This document shows, piece after piece, positions 12,089 to 25,600 of a stretch of DNA of 59,439 nucleotides (position 1 is its first letter; every line of letters starts with the position of its first letter). Origin of the DNA: Catajapyx aquilonaris (Eukaryota). The position numbers were made by a program, and so were the translations under genes. Below the pieces are notes generated by a model. The model worked only from the letters and a program-made list of their open reading frames with translations, had not been told where the DNA came from and made no database searches. The DNA lies in assembly GCA_000934665.2 (NCBI GenBank), contig KZ538604.1, forward strand, positions 1 to 59,439, read 5' to 3'.

Positions 12089-15000
12089 ATGGTTGACCTT
12101 ACGAAGATGGAACTGCTCGCTATTCTGGTTTGCGCATTTGTGAGTTGCTCTGGGAATGACACTACAAGTACCACAGAGAGCCTTCTGTCAGCGACCACAG
12201 TGAGGAGTTCAGAAGTGGAGTATCGCTTGATTCCGAGCGAAGACAGAAAAGGACAGGTGGTGTCACCACCATCCAGTAGTGAAGGCAGCGGTCACGTCGA
12301 AAATGATTCTGATTTTGAATCGACGACCAGCACCATCACCCCTACTACTGTTGGACCTCTGGGAGTACCTAACTACATCTCATTGTTTTTCCATCAATGG
12401 AAAGAAGACACATCTAAGAATATGACACATCAGATCCCATCACCTACCCGTGGAACGACGGCGATCCCTGCTGTGACACATCAGATTCCTGCATCTTCCC
12501 ATGGGACTACTGCGATCCCCGTGACATTGGCACAAAAGAAGATCAGGGTTATCGAAGAAGGATTTACTCCTGATGAAGAACAACTTCTTCTTCGGCTGCG
12601 GAAAGAAGAAGAGGAGAATCCTACCCGTCTGTTTCGTTGGGAAAAACCTGGATATTCGCCCACCTTGCCACCGACTACCATTCCACCCACGTGAGTTGGT
12701 TGTTAAATCAGTTCTCATTATTTTCTTTTCAAATAACCTCATAACTGCCTTCTGGCGTTTCTCACTAATTTTGATGAGTTGATCAATGTACATAATTTTG
12801 GTGACACTATTCAGATGTTTCTAGGGCTCCTCCGCCTCCTGGATATCCAGCTGTGTGTTCTCCAAACTGCCCGACATACACAGTTATTGAGGTTAGACGT
12901 CAATATGAGCTTCGCAAGTATCCAGCTATCACATGGGTATCTCATGTAGCCATCAACGACAATCGAGTCCTGGCTGAACTAGAGGGTTATATGAGGCTTC
13001 ACGATTACTTTCGTGGGCTCAACGAAAGAGGTGAATCTTATAACCTGACAATACCCTATTTGACGCAACTGAGGTTTTCGAGACATCCAGGAGTCCTCAA
13101 GGAGGTGTTTGATTACACAATTTCCATGTATCTTCCGCCTTTGCATGGTGCAGATCCCCCCAAAGCCCTCACGAGCGAGGTGAGTTAGTGACAATGTGTA
13201 ACCATCATGCTTTATATCATAGATTCCATAACTTTTTGTATTACTCTTTTTGAGGTCTTGATTGACGGAGTCGAGAGCAGCCTAGTATTTGTCCAGACTT
13301 TTGAAGCTTGGTATTGGGAACTGACGGATAAATCAATTCGGCAAAGAGCTACTCGCTTGATGGACCATCTCAGGAGTAACGGAGAGGCGTTTTTCGATCG
13401 GTATATCTACCTGGCTGCATATGAAAGGTGTGGGCATTGACAACAAGTTATGTATCACTGTTGAAGGCAGACCCGAAATGTTCCAGGCTACCAGATACGA
13501 GCTGTGGATTTACGCCACAAGAAATCGAGGTCGTTCAGAAGCAAAGCCAAGACATCCGGAGACTAAAGAGCAGGTTTCCAAACTGACTGCTCAAGTTCGA
13601 CGACGACTGTGTCGAGGTCTGTAGGATAATGAACTATTAATTGATTATGCCTGACAGAATTTAACAGTATTTCTTTATTGTGGTAGCCCTCTTCCTCGGA
13701 GAAGTGAATTCCTTGTTGCAGTTTCCAGGGCAAATATGAACTGTCCACTATTATTTAGACTCGGTATTTAAATAGCACGTTTGTTTTGGTCAGGTATCAT
13801 CACTGTGTCAACAGGGTGAAATCAAGTTGAAGATTCAAGTATGTTGTGCTCGTTGCATTTGGGTGTACTGCATTCTGATAAGTTCATTGAAATGGTTTTT
13901 AAATTGTTAGAGATACCTGGGGTCGTTCACCTGGGGGGATGTTGATGGTCTGATGATCAAAGATTACAAATGCGAGGAGGGGGGAGGTCCATCAAGGGAT
14001 GACTGCATTTTTTTTATACTTTGAACGATTATATCGATTGAAATCACAGGAGCAGTACAAATTTTGAAGGGAAAATTTTTGCGCCAAAGGCAACAAGGTT
14101 CCAGCATATTTTTTTCTTGAACTCCACAATTTTTCTTGGACGTTGTTCCTAATCAGTAACATAAAATGAAAAGTGAGACGCACAAATCAATTCTGAAACA
14201 TCTGTTCTCTGAGTATAGTAAAAGTCTGGGATCGAAAATTATTGAGAATTTACCATTTTCTCGCTTGAAATGGCCACACAGCAAGCCCTAGGAACATTCC
14301 AGAAGGTCAATTTTATTTTTTCTGACAATGACAGAAGATTGCCAATCTTTTGAGTCACATACTGAATTCACGAACGAAAATTTTAATAAAACTAAAATTC
14401 GCATAATTCCACCGTTATGCCCCACTTGAGGTGATGCTACATTGTTTAATATGATTGATATTATTAAGTTTTGCTTTCAGTGAGCAATATGCGAATCAGA
14501 TGACCATTAGCTACTATTATCAGCAAAATTAAAATTAAAATTTTGGACGGTTCTTGATGCCTGCAGTTGTCAACTTCAAATGCAAAAAATGGCACATTCT
14601 GAATTTTCTAGCTCAGATTTTCACTACTCAGAGTACAGATAATTACTGTATTAAAAACTTAGCTTCATTTTTCATATAATATTATTAGGAACAACTGCCA
14701 ATACAAATTGCTGTGGACCACTGCAAAATCTATCTTTTCTGAATTTTTCCGATTTAAAAATTGCCATAGGAGACTCCAGTAACTTTAAATAATCGTCATT
14801 TACTTTTATAGCAGTGTTACATAACGCCCGATCTTAGTGTTGCACACGATTTATTAAAATTGCTATCAAATGAAATTAATTATTTTGGAACACTACATAA
14901 AATAAGGCCTCTTTAAACAAGGTTATACAGCAACTTTGGGGAAATATACTAATCTTTTGAACATAATAATTTTATTAATTACGATTTTAGTGAGCAATTG

Positions 15001-17151
15001 GCAATTACAAAAATCAGTCATCATCTACCATTGTCATAAAAATGAACAGAAACATTATCCGCCTTGCATATCTGGTGGTGATGATAAATCGTTAAAAAAA
15101 AGTGCAGTATTGGGAATAATTTCAAATGCCGATTTCCGCAATACTGCAATAGCGTAGATCAGAACAAATATGCGTTTCTATTTTCATCTCACATTGTCAT
15201 GATCCTCATGAACAATTTTCGCTAAATATATTGTGGCGGTTCAAGGAAAAAACGATCCTGGATTTTCAGAAAGATACCCCCTTGGACCTTGGTGAATGTG
15301 AGTGATGACTACAGCTACAGTATTACAATATCAGCGCTTATTCTGTTTTCTGTATGTTGAGGAAAGGGTCTGAAAAGGTTTCTTAAGTGTCATTGTGCAG
15401 CATATGGAGGTAGCGTGTTAATACGCGTGAATTTAAAAAAAAACATAACATTGTTTTTTGTTATTATATATCTACTGCGATAACGTCCACTATAAAGAGG
15501 AAGCCTGGAATATTCATGCTATCAAAAATGGTCTGTAATACTGTAAGTTAGATTTTCCGACAAGTGTATCACCACCAGCAAAAAAAAAAACAACCCCAGG
15601 AGCGTTGGAAAAAAAACTATAATATATCGGAAAAATGTCATGACGTAATATATTGCATAAAATTGCAGACAATTCTAACCTTGTTACGTTGCACAGGATG
15701 CCGAGACACCAATACCATATATACTAATTACTGAAACTTACTGAACTACATCATTCAATTAGAATTGAATTCAATGAAAGTCCTAAACTAGTCCGGGCTC
15801 GTGACTTTAATCAAGGGCGGTTTATTCACAGTTCGTTTATAATATTAATTTAAACTAATCTGAAATCATTTTCATTCTTATTCCTTTCCTCGATCAAAAT
15901 GTATTGCTGAAGTAGGCATAATGTACAGATCTACGGAATGATTAATTTTTGTAACTGCCAATAATGATTAAATATCTCCGGCTTATTAAACTCACTCTCA
16001 GTGGAGTGGACGTCATCGTCACTCAAGGTCATTTTTCTGGGAGATACCGGTACTGTATGCGACTTTATAATTATGTGACAGTAGAGCACATACAGCATGT
16101 AGGAGTATACGTAGTTTTCAGGAAAATGTAATGACAAACGTTGGCTAATGAAGTGTCATAAATTGGCAGTTTGAGAGATGCGTTGAATTGTCTTTGAGAG
16201 CCTCTTACTCGTAGCATCAATAATTTACTTTTGATGTGTAGTGCGGAACACTCAATCAAAATTGCGACACTTTACTCCGTCACATTATTGCTTGAGTGTT
16301 ATTCTTTCTGTTACGGTTGAGTGTTTAGCAATAGTTGGCAATAGTAACTTACACATATCTTGGTTCATTTTTGTTAGGAGTGGAGTGTCCGTCATTCCAC
16401 GTTTTGAGAGTGTACAAATATGGCATTCAGAAGAGAAGATACTATGATGGAGTATATGTAACATCATCCGTGGAAGAGTGCCATTTTTCCACTATGGTTG
16501 TTTGGAAAGGATTTATGCCACTGCATCTGTATAAGCACGGTATGGAAGGTGGTGGTATGGATGCAGTATCTCATGTAACAAGCGCGCAATTTACTTGCAG
16601 GCATAAATTCCCACATGGAAGTGCTAGAAGCCACGAGGCCTATTGGTGTGGTTCATGTTAAGGAATTTCAAGTGGATAACATCAACACGTGCCCTCAAAA
16701 TATGTCTGTTTCCCTCTATCTGCCTCAGAGATTGCACAACAATCCTCCGGTCACTGGACCTGCAGCGGTAATACTGTTTTTGGGTGTAATAATATTCTTG
16801 ACAGAATCAACAACAGACTATAATAACACTGAGTAATATTTTTAATCTCCACAGCCGACTGTGAGAATAACACGTATCAACGACTTATTAGTTTATGTGC
16901 AGCCCGTAGGAGGATATCTTCTGGACCCGATCAGGGTCTCTACAGAGGTATTTATAAATTATTATTTTTAGTTTGCTGCCTTGTAATCAAAAATTATCAT
17001 GCAGGTTGCTGATTTCTCGTATCGACTGACTCAGCTGGGACTGTGTTTTCGTCAAAACGAGTACTTCGTTGTCATTTATGATTTCATAGTCCGATTCCAT
17101 GGCCGACAAAACGAAATATGGATGGTTGCTGAAAACTGCCCAAATCAGTGA
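12089..17151 (+). CDS. Secreted mucin-like protein with two tandem SOUL/heme-binding-protein domains; exons 12089-12690, 12825-13179, 13255-13427, 13471-13616, 16378-16539, 16601-16767, 16855-16947, 17005-17151
   Basis: Signal peptide (MELLAILVCAFVSCSG) and a S/T/P-rich stalk. SOUL motifs CPTYTVI..YELRKYP..WVS, RLHDYFRGLN, TISMYLP, PPK...V, VFVQTF, RYELWI. Second copy CPSFHVL..KRRY, LHLYKHGIN, VSLYLP, VYVQPVGG, RQNEIWMV. All splice phases are compatible. Confidence 0.88.
13992..14788. mobile_element. Old foldback/non-autonomous DNA element in SOUL-gene intron 4
   Basis: Diverged inverted repeats ~14140-14310 versus ~14540-14695 (e.g. GTTGTTCCTAAT/ATTAGGAACAAC, CTCTGAGTA/TACTCAGAG). Right end CTTTAA; boundaries approximate. 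Confidence 0.55.
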
Positions 17152-17559
17152 TATGAAAAGTACAGTACAAATATTGTTTAGTTCCTTGTAAGATTTTCAT
17201 ATAAATGCTGACTTCTTCAGTACCAATTATTTTATTGTGTAGTTGTGGCGATAGATTTGGAAGGCATGCATTCACTCATGACATACATGAACACAGTAAT
17301 TAATGACAATGAAATGCGTGCGAACTGAATGTAACAGTCAAGGTTTGGTATTATTCGAAATGTAAAGACGGATAGACATACAGTATGAAAGCAATATCCG
17401 AACACTCCATTAGCCTATAACTATATGACTGACCACAAACACACAGTGAAAAAAGAATGGTCATTCGAACAACACAAACACTGAAACATACTGCCATAAG
17501 GACACTTAAAAACGAAGGGTTCATGTCCATATTGTATAAAAAAGAAGGCGGCCAAAACT

Positions 17560-20500
17560 CTAAACCTTGGTGACTTTCGGTTCGGAATTTTTCTCTTCAT
17601 TCTTTTTCTGCATAACTTCGGATACTGCAAAAAACGAAATCGGTATTAAAATTTTCTACTAGAGCTTAACATTATTTCAACTTACATGAGTCTTGTACCA
17701 TACAAACGCCATATTTGATACTCCAAATCCAGCCGAATATAAGTGGCGTGGTTATTAATTGTAGAAGAGCAGCCAACACACCATATTTCACACCTCGTTT
17801 CTTGGTTTCATGCTTGGTTGTACCGCAGCACAAAACACAAAGAGCTCCGAGGAAGGATCCTATAAATCAATCACATCATCAGTAATAAACCCAGGACTTA
17901 ACGATATAGTAGTGTAATAACTTGATGGATACGGTAGAGGTAGAGGACGTGTCCAGCAAACAGTTCGAATTGTATGGGTCCAAAATGAAGAGGCACTCGC
18001 CATTACCAATATGTAAAACGGTAATGACAGTAGATAGATATGTCCTGGCACATTGGCAGATGGTAATACAAAGAAAAGATAAAGAACAAAAAATATATGA
18101 CGATAAGGTAGAGCCTCATAGTCGTATCTACATAATATCAAGTATAAGCCCGTAATAGAGGTGTAGGATCTTGGGATTTTTCATGTCATTATTAATTTCG
18201 TGTTCAGTAAACAGTGAAATAATAGAAAACTTCTTAATTAGATGGAGAAATGTTCCCATTAGTAGCTTGCTCAACTTTTATTTCCTTACGTGCCTAAAAA
18301 TTATGTGTTGCATTCAGCTATCCAAGTGTATTCCCTCGTAGGTGCGTCATTTTTCAATTTGGCTGACCAGATCCCTGAAGACACATTGGTGTCACGCGCC
18401 GGGTGTCATTTTGTGCATCTAAATTTTTACTGCATTTTATCATCATACATTATATACCCAGTCTCGTCGACTCACATGTCGGTATACGTGCCACTTGAGC
18501 CATGGGCATATTCATCCACGTCAACTGTACAATACTTGGTGAGTACCTTGCATTTACATAGTAACTCTGCTTGGATGACCATCTTTTTTTTTACACAGTG
18601 GAGGTGCATTGCCTAAGTCACCAGTTCTAGACTGGAGTAGGTGAAGATGTTATGGAAGTTTACTCCAGCAACCGGAGAAGCAACTACCATAACTGAATGT
18701 GCCCTGATTATTCCTTTCAGTGGTTTGCTTCTCCCTATAGTTTCTGGACTGAACAATCCGTAACTTATTCACTGCGACCCTGTTGAATTACCATCTTTAT
18801 AGTGTTCACTAGTCGATAAAATAACTGGGTAAAAGTGATGGTTTACGACTGGTTATATCCAGAACACTGCACTGGATTGAAAAATTGAATTTTAAAATGT
18901 CATTATTTACATCTAGTTTAATTGCTCCCCCACTGCTTCAGAGAGTTTTTATACAAATGGGGTGCATGGGTTCATTAACCTATGCACTCCCTTGGAGCAA
19001 TTCCCAACCAGTAACGGGTATGTTTGACCGAATTAAAGAGTGTAGCCTCTTCTTCGCAGTATTTTGGCAGTCAGTGGCATGGACTTACCTAACCCTGGAA
19101 GGCAGACGTTGAAGATACAAAAAAAGATCGCCAAAGGCACAGGAAGGGCGGGTACAGCTTTTCGGAAATTGCCTTGCTTCTCAATCACATCTATAATCTC
19201 CACTTGGGTTTTTTGACCATCAGGCGTTTCTAGAACCATCTGTAAGTAAAAAAATTAAGCACTGTATAACGATGCATTTTTAAATACCACAAGTGCATGA
19301 TAAGGATGCTAAGCCAAGGTGGCATCCAGGAGAAGGAGCCAAATGTGTGTGTGAGTGTGTATGTTTGTTTGAGGTGGGAGGGTCACTGGTCTTGGCTCGG
19401 TGTGTAAAAGAAGTAGCGAATTTGCTGGCAATAATTGCCAAAAGGTGGGGGTGGAGGCGGGAGAGGGGGACAAGTGTTGAGGGAGTTATTTGGGAAGTGT
19501 GGATAGCCAGATCCAGGCAATCCAGACAACTTGAGCCTTTTTTGAGACCAGGCGGAAAGAGCTTTTACTTTTACCAGAGCCAAGCCCAGTTGTTCGCAAA
19601 ATCTGGATATGATTTATCAGTTGAGAGCATATGTAGGCTACTGTCTGCAGAATCTGCCTTCAGAAGCGTTGCCAAACATTTAACGGTTCTTTGAGCTTCT
19701 TCATATCTAGAGATCGAAACTTTTTACACCCGTACGCATCAGGTCCGAAAACGAGAGTTTTCTGGTTTTCTGGCTGGTATCCCGTCATTTATGCCAACTT
19801 GCGCAGGCTGCTGGTCTTCCTTTTAGCCGACAGTGTGAAAAACAGAACGACCGTGACCTGCAGCTGACTCCACTGTATACTTGCGCTTTCTAATGTCCAC
19901 TCTGTCCTCGGTTTACTCTTAGCCTATAACAACGCCTTCACCTCCCAGAAACTATGCTTGCGTAACCACACTGTGTCAGAGTTACGGCGACCCGACCATA
20001 AAGGCCCCGCGCCAATGTATCTCATCATCCACAATTATTCAAAAGCTAATCAAGAACAAGAATTTACATTTACTGTCCTCACAAAAGGAACTCCAACTTA
20101 CCACCCGAACAGTGCGTAACCACACTGTATTTCGTCTCTAATTTACAAGTGCGTAAGAATCCCCACGGGAAGAGATAATGGTCTTGAAATGTAACGTTAC
20201 ATTATGACAGAATAATTTTTAAAAACTGTAACAAAACATAAGTGCCGTATAAAATCAATGGGATATATTCGGTGGCAATAATTGTATGGAAGTATATAGG
20301 TCGTTCAAAAATGATTAAATATAGTTTTCACTAAATATTATTAAGGCATTTTCCACTACTTGAAACTTATCACATCATATAAATCAGGGAAAAATCCATT
20401 CCCACTTGTAGTATACAGCAGTTAAAAATGATAGTGTATGATATGTTGAATGATTCAAGTATTCATTCCGTTTTCGTTCCTTTACTGGGCAAGCACATTC

Positions 20501-22472
20501 CTGAGCACCACTCGATTTTATGTGCCGCAAATATTCCGCACGGGATCTTAAAATGTTACGGCATTTCTGAAATAACTTGATGTGTTTTGGCATCAATATA
20601 TCAAGCGTGAAGGGCAGCTCTAAAGTGTGGCATTCCAAAAGGATAAGTATTAAACTATAAAAGTCAGCTTCTCGAAGCATAACTGCTAAGAATAGTCAGG
20701 TATATGAGCTGTACCAGGCAGTAACTACGCGGCAACGATTTATGAGAAATGTATCGTATACAAACTGCAGGAAGTTTGCACAGCAGAGATTTACAACCTT
20801 GCAACAAGACACATTGGTTCTTGCCTGTCAATCAAGTATGAAAGACCTCTTTCGCTTAAAAATTCAGTTCAGCTCCCTCTACTAACAATTATCTGTCTCT
20901 ATCCAAACAAAGCAAGATTTATACTTTAAAAACCGATCCATCTTTTTAGACCGCTACACCTGTGTCTTGGATGCTAATTTCTAAATTGCTCGGGACCTGT
21001 TGTAGTGACTGAAGTGTTGCCAACAGACGTCACCCTTCGCAAAAGACGTGTCGACAGGCTCACTGACATGCCTCATTAACCACGTTCATTATATGCAGTA
21101 CCGGTACCTATTGCTTGTGAGAACTTTCTCATGGTATTCTTGTAATGGTTACACATTAAGCACACAAGTGACTTAAGCGGTATCGTTGAATAATATATGA
21201 ATGAAAAGGCCTCCAGTCACAAGAAGAAAGTAGCCTGCAGTATATGACCAAGATATGACCAATATTTTCCCTGTAGGATTTTATGTTATATAGAGAAACC
21301 CGCTGTACAACCTGCTGTACAAGACATGAAGTTACTTGGGTCACAGTATAGCCTACATGTATAAAACAGCTGACAGGTACAATACTGACAGCCAAAGTAC
21401 ACGAATTAAGTTTTAAATGTAAAAATGAGAAATATACTGGACAAAAAATGCTGGGAATTATTTCATATCACTCAACTGTCGGTCGCTCCGGTTTTTTAAA
21501 ATACAACCTAGCCTACATAGATGTCCCTAGACTAAGTAGCACATCTGGGCTGTGGAGATCACACGATACAGCGTAGGCTACTTATACTGTACCAACCCGC
21601 ACGTGTTGACTTCCCCACTAATAAGAAAAATGCAGCATGTAGGAATCTTCCGTAAAAGAACTCGCCTAGAAATTCATAGTGAGGGTAACAACCATGACTT
21701 TGTTTTCCTATGCACTGGATGCGTATAAATATTCAGGGTAAGGGCCAACGTGCGATAACCGTGGACGCCCCCCCCCCCTCCTTCCCCCCCAAAAAATCCG
21801 TGACAAGTTTCGCCTTCCCTTTGGCTAATGGCTCTCAGCCAGTTCTTGTCATGTTGCTCCGACTATTTCTGTCCTTCCATTGTACCCCAGAGAGGCTGGT
21901 CTCGGAAGCAATTTTTTCTCGGGAAATCCGCCGAATTTTAGTGTCGGCCCAAGTCCAAAATATGCCACGTCATTTTCAAGCTTTTTCTGCCCGGATGTGT
22001 CATCTCCGAGATTTGCAGTTTCCGTAACACATCCACTACTTTACCCACATATATGCTTTCTGAAGTCGTTCAACTCTCATTACCCAAGATTTGTACTATA
22101 GTCTACTCGACAAAAGGCAGGAACATAGATATTAAAGGTGCTACCTCTAATATCTATGGGCAGGAATAAATTATATGTGCACATAAGTGTTAAATTGATC
22201 CGCAATATTCCGTATAATAGTTTTGCATATTAATAAGTCTTTGGCATGTACTGTTATGGAATGCTAACCTGATTGTCTTCCATCCTAATCTGTGACATGT
22301 TGGCACTGTTCTTTCTCCTCTTCTCAATTCCTACACCGGCTGCTTTGAGAAGGTTGGAACTCTTCTTCTTCTTTTCCGGCTGTCCATCTTCGTCCGCCAT
22401 GGGTGCGTCCAAGCCCAGTGCATGCCCTTCGTCTGTGTCCGTGACATTCATGGAGAAGGCAGGCGCCGCCAT
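17560..22472 (-). CDS. stum/SPEC3-family membrane protein (197 aa); exons 22472-22269, 19239-19089, 17859-17686, 17624-17560
   Basis: FRKAVPALPVPLAIFFCIFNVCLPGLGSFLGALCVLCC ... AALLQLITTPLIFGWIWSIKYG is the stum/SPEC3 signature. GT-AG junctions in phase, aatcaatATGG start, ends VTKV*. Confidence 0.88.
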
Positions 22473-22495
22473 ATTGATTTTTTGTGTTGTCCTTA

Positions 22496-22675
22496 TTACA
22501 CCTGTAAGTCTTTCTCGGGGTCGTCGTCCTTGTCTCGCTGAGTCAGAAGAACCCAAATGGCCCCAAATAAGATAAGAGGGCCAACACCAAAGTAGAAGTT
22601 ATTGTGGTTGAGGATATTCAGCCAGTTCCCTGGATTCAAACCCTGGGAGAGGACGCTAATGGCTGACCAAAACAT
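22496..22675 (-). CDS. 59-aa single-pass transmembrane micropeptide (uORF in the same exon as the stum-like start)
   Basis: MFWSAISVLSQGLNPGNWLNILNHNNFYFGVGPLILFGAIWVLLTQRDKDDDPEKDLQV followed by TAA TAA. The ATG lies 10 nt into the exon after acceptor cttgcag (22686-22688); the stop is 23 nt before the stum ATG. Confidence 0.5.
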   Translation of the reverse strand: MFWSAISVLSQGLNPGNWLNILNHNNFYFGVGPLILFGAIWVLLTQRDKDDDPEKDLQV

Positions 22676-25600
22676 GCCGTAGAGCCTGCAAGAAAGATAA
22701 AGTGTGATTGAATTATTTTGGTCATCATTTGGATGATGAGTCACCCTTAATAATTTTAAGTATGATATGTGCTTACAGTACGGCCTATTGATGCTCAAGT
22801 ACAACTCCATATATCAGTCAGTTCCCGGATGCAGTCATTTCCTTTTTTCATGCATTGCTCGCGCAATAATAGATAATGTACCGCCAGTACCGGTACAGAT
22901 GTCGTGACAAATTTGCAAAGCTTTGAAGCTCTTTGACTAGTACGCAGGAATATGTAATGAGATGGTTATCCACTACTTAGATGGAAATATGATTTACCTC
23001 TTGTAAGCAGTAAAAGGAAAAACAAAATTGGAATTAATATACATCGGGGAGGTAATGGGATATGAGAACGGAGCTTACAAAAAATGAACTTGCGGTTAAA
23101 TTCATAATTCTCAGAAACGAATAACTAAATACGAATGTGGCTTACAGTTCCTTAGTGTGCCTCTGCATCAAAATTGCGATTATCCCAACGTGATAATCTT
23201 CCTATTGAAATAAAATTTAGCATTTGAATTTCAACGCCTTATAATGAAAAGTCACTAACGCACTTGTAGCTTCAATGTGCTTATAACTGTCAACAGGGTG
23301 GATTTTTCTCAAATGAACTGCCAATATCACGTTGGAGCTAGGTAATCTTTTGTTTTAGCATGGTTTTAGTGTGCAGGGGAGGTCATGTCAGATCAGCGTC
23401 CTTGAGGCAATTCCCAGGTCTGTGAATCAACTTTAATGAGGCACAGAAGGAAAGATTGTATGCACTTATTTTAAACTTTAGTAGGTAAAAAAGTTACGTA
23501 GGCATATACATTCATTTCAAATGCAAATAATATACGCCTACCTCAAAAATGAATTTAAATTGCCTTAAAATCGTACACTTTTCAGGGTAAAGTACTACGC
23601 GAGACTTTCAGTACGTTCAGATACAATTTTTTTTTTCGCAGAACTTTTGCTTTTCAGCATATAGCTTTCAGTTTTATTATTGCTGTCTCTCCTAAACCTA
23701 AAAGCTGCTCTTACATTTATTCTAGAGCCATGACTATTTTACAAACACAGTAGTCTAGTAATGGAGCTAACTGGAGTGGGAGAAGGGGAAATGCGGGTAC
23801 TTAAACGGAAGGTGCCGTTTCCAGACCTCAAGGGAATATACGGTCCCGCATGCAACCACCTTACTCCACGAGTTAATTAATCAAATGCACGTAAAGATAC
23901 TGGGTCTCGTTTTACACATGTAACATGCATAATGAGGTCTTATGTTGACAAAATTGTGCGAGAGAGCAGTTTAATATCAAATAGCGTGTGTTTTGCACAA
24001 TCATTGTAAGGCAATGCGTTTATGCTTTGATATACATTGTAAGTAGGCTACCGGTAAGTGTTTAAGACATTTTTCCAGGCAGGAATCGCATAATGAGCAC
24101 TCAGTCGATTAAAAATTAATTACCCAAAGTACACCTCGAAGATTTTGTACGAGGAAGAGTTCTGTTTTAAAATGTAATTATAATTTTTGTGTTATTCCTA
24201 TATAAGGGGTGTTAGGCACCTCCGTGTTTCGAGGTATGACGGGCACGTTGCTATGAATAACTTGTTTAAAGTTGCACTTTCAAACTGACGTTGACTAATA
24301 TTCTTACATGCGGAATAGTGTACCCCATAATGACTGTTCTAAACTGATCAAATTTTGATGACAACACGTACAAAATTATGAAACACTTTCTACCGTATAT
24401 ACCCGTCATCAATCCGGAAATTTTTTACTCCTCCCGCAATTTAAACAATAATAATAATTAAAAACTTGCCTCCTCGAGCATATAATTATGAAGAAACAGT
24501 AGGCTACCCTTCGCTAGATTCTTGATTACAACCTACAATTAGCACGTCCTTTATAAAAGTTAGAAGAGCATGTCAAAATCTGTCACTTGAATAATTACAG
24601 TGAGACAGTAGCCACAAGGAAATGGGGTAACAAACACGAAAAATTGAAAAGAAAGACATCCTACTCAGCACGTGCATTTGGATGCGACAGGTGGCACTTT
24701 ACCTGTGTTTGACATTCCATCCCGATGTCGGATGGGATCCAAGATGACTATGCTCATAATATTGGCATAAGAGCCAAGCAAGAAAATGACAAGCTCGATT
24801 CTTGTTTCAATCACTTGGGAGCACCAGCTTTTTTTCACGCATGCACTCTTGGCCACAAACCAAAGGTAAATACGGAGAGGGGAAACCCTACAAGACTCCT
24901 CCAGAGGAGCACAACCTCCCAAGTGAAACTGAGAGTTGGCCCATTACCAAACGAACCAATACAACTCCTCCCTTCCTATTTTTTTTTTCTTCTTCTTCCC
25001 AAACTACGGGTGGATCATGGGTATTTTTGTCATGGAAAGGATTTCAGCCCAAATGGTACTTACGAGCACCTTTTGGGTATTATTTTACGGCCAGCCACTT
25101 CCTGACACGATTGAACCCACCTTGCAACATAAGCTAGTGGAACTGTGCAAAGCAATGTCCTATGGTATAAAAACTACAGGACATGCTTTCTAGGTTATGC
25201 CCAAGTTGTTTCTCCTGCACCAGAGTAAATTAGGACCTTTGGAATTCCTTACTGTTCAACAGGCTGAGAAACACCAGGAAGAAATTTTAGGGGACTGCCT
25301 TTAGGCTGCTCAGGGACGTCGACTCAACTAGACAACCCGACTCTTTTCAAATGGACCTCAAGCAACAGTTAGTCAGCCCTGGTCTTGGAATTATGAGTGT
25401 GGCTATATAACCGCCCTTCGTTCATTTGAATTGCACTGGAGTGATTTTAAAATGACAGCTGTATTGCTACACTGGATTTATCAATCAAGAAATCAACAGG
25501 GATATTTGAGAGGGTTAATGAATGTAATTGACACCGTTACCTTTTCTGGGGAGCTTAACTCCAGGCCTGCTCAAAGCTCAATGAGCTTGATGGGCAGTTC

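Noticed and set aside
19575..19860. Extra coding exon of the stum-like gene
   Set aside because: Stops in all three minus frames, and exons 22269 and 19239 already join in phase.
22273..22575. 100-aa hydrophobic plus-strand ORF
   Set aside because: Antisense shadow of the stum-like exon.
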